Part shown: positions 47,223 to 53,900 of the stretch, piece by piece
Numbering within the stretch: position 1 is the first letter of the stretch
How the letters are laid out: every line of letters begins with the position of its first letter
Assembly (NCBI GenBank): GCA_032718475.1
Contig: JAUCBJ010008310.1
Location: forward strand, 1 to 53,900
Source: Nemertoderma westbladi
Taxonomy: Eukaryota; Animalia; Xenacoelomorpha
Length of the DNA: 53,900 nucleotides
Reading direction: 5' to 3'
Notes under the pieces: model-generated
The model's input: the letters and a program-made list of their open reading frames with translations, nothing else
Told to the model about the DNA's origin: nothing
Database searches by the model: none
Made by a program: the position numbers and the translations under genes

Positions 47223-48049
47223 AAATTTAGACTGTGTTACATATTTTGAATCATTGCACAGCTTTCTAATAGTACCAACAAATCACTATAACGGTGAAGA
47301 ATAACTGTGCTGTAACTGGAGGGGGGAGGTGAAACTATCACTGTTTCAAATTGTATGCATCTCATTAAAGATTTGTATAACAATTTGGGGGGATCGGACA
47401 GGTACCTGAATAACGACACAATATTCCAGGACATGGTGTAGACCGGTGCAACATTGTAGGTAACGATAGAGGGAGACTCTCCATAAATTCTTCCAGCTAA
47501 AGATTGTATTAGAAAATATAATTTTTGGAGACAGTATAACATTATAACAGTTTGCAGTTTTATTTTTGAGAGATTTCAAACAATACACAATAATAATTGA
47601 TTTGATTACATACAATTTTTAGAAATGTGTATAACAATTGGAGGGGGGGGGGGGGGGGTGATGTGTGTAAGGGGGTTTAGGGGCTTATTCTGCGAAGGGA
47701 GGATGGGGGTAGGATGAAGGGAATTGATGAACAATATAAAGAGGTTCCACTTTCGCCCAACAACAACGTTTGTCAGAAATCCTAGATTACAACCTACAGT
47801 ACCCTACTGTACAGTAATCTCCTCTTACTGTCTGGTAAAATTGGAAGGATATTGATCGCTGATTGATCTGTCACTGAATTGAAGCACCTCTTCAGAAAGG
47901 ATAAGGTTTATGGTAGCAGGAAACAAATAAAAGTCAAACACGAAGTGGGGCCTTCGCGCAGCACGTGACTTAAATTTAATTTAAGTACTAATTCTAAAGT
48001 ATTACTGTATTAGCAAATTTTAAGCAGATTTCGCCTAATCACTTTTTAC

Positions 48050-49245
48050 CTCTTTCATTTCTATTCAGACATTTCTGACTCTAGCGGTATAGTGAGAACT
48101 GAAGATGGATTAGGGTCTCCAGCCCCACAAAGACACAGCCTATGGATGAATAGTACATACGTACATCGGCCAAGTTTCATCTTGAATAACGGATAACGAA
48201 ATGAGAGACGGATCTCACTTTCAGAAATTTCGTCGTATAGCGGCAGACCGATAAAAATCTCCCCCCCCCCCCCCCCCCCCCCCACAAAGACGCAGCATGT
48301 GGTCCAGAATATATGGCAAGATTCAGCTTAAACTGATTAAAATCAATGAGACGGGAGAATCTATTCACTTTCAGGCATAAAGTAGTCCTATAGCGGGTGA
48401 CTGTTGAACTGATTTTCAACAAAACAAATTTTCAACTTGGCAGCTTTAAATTCGACAAAGTTATAAGCATGTCAATATCATAACGACGACAACGATTTCA
48501 CTTTCAGACATTTGGCCCTCTAGCGGCAGACTGGAGAACTGCAGATGGATTCGCCTCCTTTGAAAGTCACAGCTAATGGTCTAATACATATCTGCCAAGT
48601 TTCAGCTTAAACGGATTAAAAGCAAAGAAATGGGAGGGCATTTAATGTTTAGACATGTGGCCCTCTAGCGGGAGACCATTGCACTGATGGTGTCTGAAAG
48701 TCTCTCAAAAATCTCAACTTTAGCTCATATTGATACCTACAAATTTTCAACTTGGCAGCTTTAAATCCGACAAAGTTATTAGCATGTCAAAATCGTAACG
48801 ACGACAACGATTTCACTTTCAGACCTTTGGCCCTCTAGCGGCAGACTGGAGAACTGCAGATGGATTCGCCTCCTTTGAAAGTCACAGCTAATGGTCTAAT
48901 ACATATCTGCCAAGTTTCAGCTTAAACGGATTAAAAGCAAAGAAATGGGAGGGCATTTAATGTTTAGACATGTGGCCCTCTAGCGGGAGACCATTGCACT
49001 GATGGTGTCTGAAAGTCTCTCAAAAATCTCAACTTTTGCTCATATTGATACCTACAAATTTTCAACTTGGCAGCTTTAAATCCGACAAAGTTATTAGCAT
49101 GTCAAAATCGTAACGACGACGACGACGACAACGACGACGACGACGACGACAACGACGACGACGACAACTATTTGCATAAATTGACCCACCCCCTAACAGT
49201 GTCAATTCGCTAAGGCTCCGCCAACTTCGTGGCTCGCCCCACAAT
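48050..49245. mobile_element. Non-autonomous repeat (HINE-like) with a 315-bp tandem duplication and (GAC)n microsatellite
   Basis: Units start at 48425, 48740 and 49055 (315-bp period). (GAC)n lies at ~49113-49167. The terminal segment 49160-49243 has an inverted second copy at ~38311-38400. Confidence 0.7.
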
Positions 49246-49686
49246 GATAAGTACAGAAGGGCCTACATATGTCAGAACGACAATACAGAATCAGTATCTA
49301 ATCTATCAGTATCTAATACACAATCGCATTACGGGCTGTGTTACTTCGACATCCCAAAAACCAATATGGCACCCTAATAGCCATCAACTATTTCACGGCA
49401 TTTCTTAGTACCTATCAGAAGTGGATTCCTACCCAATAATGTTAGGGCACCAATCTACTGTGACGTTGCACTAGCTATGTAGGGTATGTGTTATACAGTA
49501 ACTATTATAACTTTTGTTCGGTACAGCCACGCAGTCAGGGCGAGCTTAGCGCACAATTATAATTAGTAAATAGGGCAAAATTTCATGTCCGTCTGTCTGT
49601 CTGTCCGTCTGTAATGACAAATTCATTCGTAAATAACTTTAGAAGATTTTAACCATTTTCAACCAAATTTTGTATATGGGCTTACT

Positions 49687-50417
49687 TACGGTGGCTGAAT
49701 TGTGCCACTTAATACTTTTTTTTATTTTTTTTTTGAAGCGACTTTTTGGTCGACCAAAAAGTACTTTTTGGTCGACCAATAAGTCGACTTTTTGGTCGAC
49801 CAAAAAGTAGTTTTTGGTCGACCAATAAGTCGACTTTTTGGTCGACCAAAAAGTCTGGAAGTATTATCCAATAGAAAACATACAACTATTTTCGAGGCAA
49901 AATCAAATTACATTAAGTGAATTAGGTGGTTATTTAAAACCGTAACACTATCATGATGAAGGATTAATATCCTAGGTACCGGTAGGCCTAGCGATCAATG
50001 TGTTTAACAAAGCTTTATGTACACCGGTACAGTAATTTGATTTTACCTCCAAAATAGTTATATATATGTTTTCTATTGGATAATACTTCCAGACTTTTTG
50101 GTCGACCAAAAAGTACTTTTTGGTCGACCAATAAGTCGACTTTTTGGTCGACCAATAAGTAGTTTTTGGTCGACCAATAAGTCGACTTTTTGGTCGACCA
50201 ATAAGTCGACTTTTTGGTCGACCAAAAAGTACTTATTGGTCGACCAAAAAGTACTTTTTGGTCGACCAAAAAGTCGACTTATTGGTCGACCAAAAAGTAC
50301 TTTTGGTCGACCAAAAAGTACTTATTGGTCGACCAAAAAGTACTTTTTGGTCGACCAAAAAGTCCCTTAAAAAAATAAATAAAAAAAAGTATTAAGTGGC
50401 ACAATTCAGCCACCGTA
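49687..50417. mobile_element. 731-bp fold-back MITE with TAC...GTA termini and a 6-bp TSD (IS3EU-like)
   Basis: Termini TACGGTGGCTGAATTGTGCCACTTAATACT / AGTATTAAGTGGCACAATTCAGCCACCGTA. TSD CTTACT at 49681-49686 and 50418-50423. The arms extend to ~49910 and from ~50032 and contain arrays of the palindrome TTGGTCGACCAA. Confidence 0.85.
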
Positions 50418-50699
50418 CTTACTAGAGAAAAAGTTCTAATATTTTTTACAATTACGGGCACTCTCGAACTTTTGACTCCATATCAAATCGAACTTGGTAT
50501 ATGAATATGATTAATTTATTTTAATAAATAAAATAGCCTAGCGCAGGGGCAAAATCATGCAACTTTTGAACGCTCATATCTCAGCTATTTCCCAGCCAAA
50601 TTCAAATGTTTTTACTTATTTGGAAACCTTGCATGGCCAGCTCACAAATAGTACCAACAAATCAGTACAGTATAAGGGTGAAGAATAGATGCTTTGTAT

Positions 50700-50910
50700 C
50701 TGGTGAAATTTCGCCGGAGAGATTTTTTTCAAACGCTTGTAACTAAAGAATTAAAACGAAAATAAAACTTCTGGCTCACCCAGCAAGGAGGAGGGAGGTA
50801 AAACTATCTCTGGTTTAAGTTTCATGCATTCTCATTTAAGATTTGTAGGAAAATTTGGGGGGGGGGGGGTCAGGTACCTGAATAAAGACACTATATTCCA
50901 GAACATGGTG
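50700..50910. repeat. Dispersed repeat; related copies at ~44140-44380 (inverted) and ~47340-47450
   Basis: Shared CTGGCTCACCCAG..AGGAGGAGG, CATCTCATT(T)AAGATTTGTA and CAGGTACCTGAATAA.GACAC.ATATTCCAG.ACATGGTGTA. Confidence 0.7.
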
Positions 50911-51469
50911 TACCCTGGTGACCTGGGCACGGAACTACAGTACCTTCTTAATTTAGTTGCCTGATGTCGGCGTAGCGTTTACACCCAATATGTAATATTC
51001 AATATTCATGCTTGCTTACATGTACAGTATAATATTGCTAGCCGTCTCATGTCAAATAATTGGATGTTGTAATTTAGGCTCGATTGACGGGGTGGTATAT
51101 AAACCAAAGTAACATGTGCACTTTTTTGCTCCATATAATATTTAATTTATTCGAGATACGGGAATTTAACTTGCAAAACGTTTTCCTTAAACCGAATTTG
51201 GATACTGTATGTGTGATAGCTGTGGGTGCAATGTTGTTACTGAAACGAATGCAAATGAACGAAGTGAAATGTTGGAGGCTGACAGTTGCCATGTTCAGTT
51301 GCCTTCGCGTTGGCAATGCCAATGTCATCGCTGTTATGGGATACTACCATGGGTGTTAGATGATGATTTCCAGTGTTTTACTGGGTTCTGAACGTATAAT
51401 TATATGGATTTTACGGGACGACGGTCTTTCGCGCTAGCAGTAGGGTTCAAAAGAGTTTGATGCTCAGTT

Positions 51470-51707
51470 CTATTTATTGTCTGATAGCACGATGACAGAT
51501 CCAGTCTTTCTTATAACACCGAAAGCTCCTCCACTTTCGATAACTGCCACCCGAAGGTGGGCGCTACTCCTATACCTTGTTTTGCTCCCAGTAATTTAAC
51601 TGGTACAGTACTCATTTTATCGACTCCAGTGGATGAAAGGCCGAGTGGACCCTTCTTGAGGGCCTGAACCTTGAGGGCCCGGCGCACAACCAACTGAGCT
51701 AGCTACC
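51470..51707 (-). mobile_element. tRNA-derived SINE with a conserved central core
   Basis: On the minus strand: A box TAGCTCAGTTGG (51690-51701), degenerate B box GGTTCAGGCCC, and core GCCTTTCATCC..GGAGTCGATAAAATGAGTAC resembling a widespread animal SINE core (MetaSINE/Sauria-like, from recall). AATAAA lies near the 3' end. Confidence 0.7.
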
Positions 51708-53900
51708 TTGCCAACACCAAATATAATGGTATAAATACCGTCATAGTAACAGCAATAATATGACGTTTGGTAAATTTAATATACAATTTCAATGGAACCA
51801 TACAAATCAGTCTAGGTTCTTACTGTAAAACACCTAAAATACACTACTTTGGAACTCACTTTTTACATCACTGGCTGAATGATACAGGATAAGGTGAAGC
51901 AAGGTGAGAGGTCAAACCTCATACTGTGTAAGTAATAATGGGAGTTCCCTATTGGCTAACCAGTGAAGTAATAATCGAATTATTTATGATTAGTTTGCTG
52001 GACTTTTGGGGGCATCAAGCGAATAACAGATTTCACCAATAATACTGTATTGTAGTGAGCGCGATTCTCGCATTAGCGCGACTCACATCATTTCAACGTA
52101 ATATATTCAGATATTACAGTCAGGAACATGTACTATGTTGACACCAGGACAGCTGGTGTGGTACCGGTAGGTATATATATAAAACCAGTAAACGGTAGTA
52201 TGAGTGTAATATGAAGACTGACACGGACAGCAGTATGTTGTCCGTCGAAAGTGAAAGTATCTCACGGTTCGATATCTGTTATCGCTAGAGTATGTTGCTA
52301 TCACTGTAGGCTATAAGCAAGCATCGAATATATTAATAATATTGTTGAGTACATATATTTGGGGGATTCTGAGCGCCTTCTAAATTGGCTATAAATGGAT
52401 TTTGAGGAGTGTAAAGAAGATGTATTTGTGTATGTGCGACATTAAGAGAACGTCACCACTTCTAAAGTGATATATCGTAAATCACTTTAAGAACATGTAA
52501 TATAATATTATGTTTATCTCATGTGTTTGAACGTCTTAATAACGAAGCGGAGGTTCGCGCATAAGGGTAAGGCGAACCTAACCTTCGTATGCGCGATTAT
52601 GCGAAGTTAAAATATTGTTGTACATAAAATAAAATGTATTTCTTTACATAGGTAGTACTGTACAAACAATACAACTATTTAAAATAATACATAAATAATA
52701 AAACCATAGAACAAAACAATTTATTTACTTTCTCGAAACGTCGCAACATACCTGGAGGCTCGCCCCAGGAAATACGACATAAACCTTTGGATTCTTTGCA
52801 ATCTACCAACTATTTGGGTATTAAGTTAAGGGGGGATTTTTTTGCGCCCCCTAGTGGCGTGCGTGAGATTTTACAAATTTCGCTAAAAATACCACTCCGT
52901 TATTTTTCATTTTTATTTTCCGATACCACATTTTTTGGAACCAGCATGTTCTGTTCATTGTCATCATATTTTTCGGCCACTTCTATTTTTAATTTTCTAC
53001 TCAGAATTTAAAAAAATTAAAAAACACATGTTTTTTTCTACTTTTTCGAGACAGGGGGGGGGGGGGGGAAACTGGACGCAAAACCCGCCTTGGCGAATTA
53101 ATATCCCGCCTCAATGTTAAATTCTGAATTTAGGGAAAGGAGCACGTTACAGTGGGACGTTATTTTAACCAAAACAATCAACTAAATACAATAGAACAGC
53201 TTACAGTAACTGTCCAATTCTTCTAAATCAAAAATTGCAAAAACGATTAAGAGATGGCGGAGGAGTATTTTTCTTCGTTGCCTTCAAAGTTCAAACCTTC
53301 TCGTGCAAAATTACCCGTATGGGATCTGTTTGGTTAGTAGTATCTGACATGAAGGAAGTACACCACCGAGATAAAGATTCTATTTATGGGGGTTTTCGGG
53401 GTCGTTGATTTCATTTTCAACGTCAGTTTTAATATTTAGTGGCATCTAGTCTGTTCGTCTGTCGGTTGACTGCCTGTCTGTCTTATATTTTGACAGACAG
53501 ATCGGCAGGCACATATAGCCTATTCCGCGATAACTCAAGAACTAAAAGAGTCAAAGAGTTCTCTCTAAGCGTTTTTCAGATTTGAAATCCCCATTCAATT
53601 CTGCTCTAGATGCAATAAAATTTATCAAATTTTTTCGGAGGTGGGAGGGGGGGGGGGGGGGGGGGGCTACCCCTCCCCTCCCCTCCTCCCTTATTGGTCC
53701 AGGTTTTGATCTAGCCAATCACACTATACTACAAAGCTAGGATGATAAAGTTAATGTGATTTACTCATATCGCCTCAGTGTGAGAGGCTGTGGGAGACCG
53801 AGTAATCTATGGTAGGTGAAGTTGTGCAAAACTATTTGAAATTAAAATTAATATTAAAATTTTGTTTTATAACTATTGGTTTAATATATAAGACGCGTGG

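Noticed and set aside
49740-50370. Clustered SalI sites suggesting a cloning or linker artefact
   Set aside because: They are embedded symmetrically in a MITE with TIRs and a 6-bp TSD, so they are a natural element.
51074-51391. Short Cys-containing ORFs as a candidate last VPS13D exon or a separate gene
   Set aside because: No resemblance to the VPS13D C-terminus and no convincing splice sites or domain.

Overview
This is AT-rich eukaryotic genomic DNA, most likely from an invertebrate animal; there is no sign of prokaryotic operons or CRISPR. The first 18 kb holds six coding exons of VPS13D on the + strand, including one giant exon of 10,813 bp. The first exon(s) lie upstream of the window, and the last exon(s) were not found. 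The rest is a dense set of transposable elements. The centrepiece is a near-complete CR1-group (L2/Crack/Daphne-like) LINE on the - strand, whose ORF reads signal-peptide-like leader, virus-like 2A/StopGo motif (GDIETNPG|P), PHD finger, APE endonuclease and RT. A 5.4-kb RTEX-like LINE is inserted into it in the opposite orientation. The insert has an E/R-rich 13-aa repeat in ORF1, and its ends read GT...polypyrimidine-CAG on the host strand, so removing it would restore the host frame at that junction. Also present are non-autonomous DNA transposons with clear TIRs and TSDs, a Helentron/HINE-like element, tRNA-derived SINEs, decayed RTE, CR1 and P-type fragments, several satellites (one visibly born inside a LINE ORF), and many TA-N3/4-TA motifs that look like Tc1/mariner excision footprints. 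Family assignments come from motif recognition only; no database searches were run.
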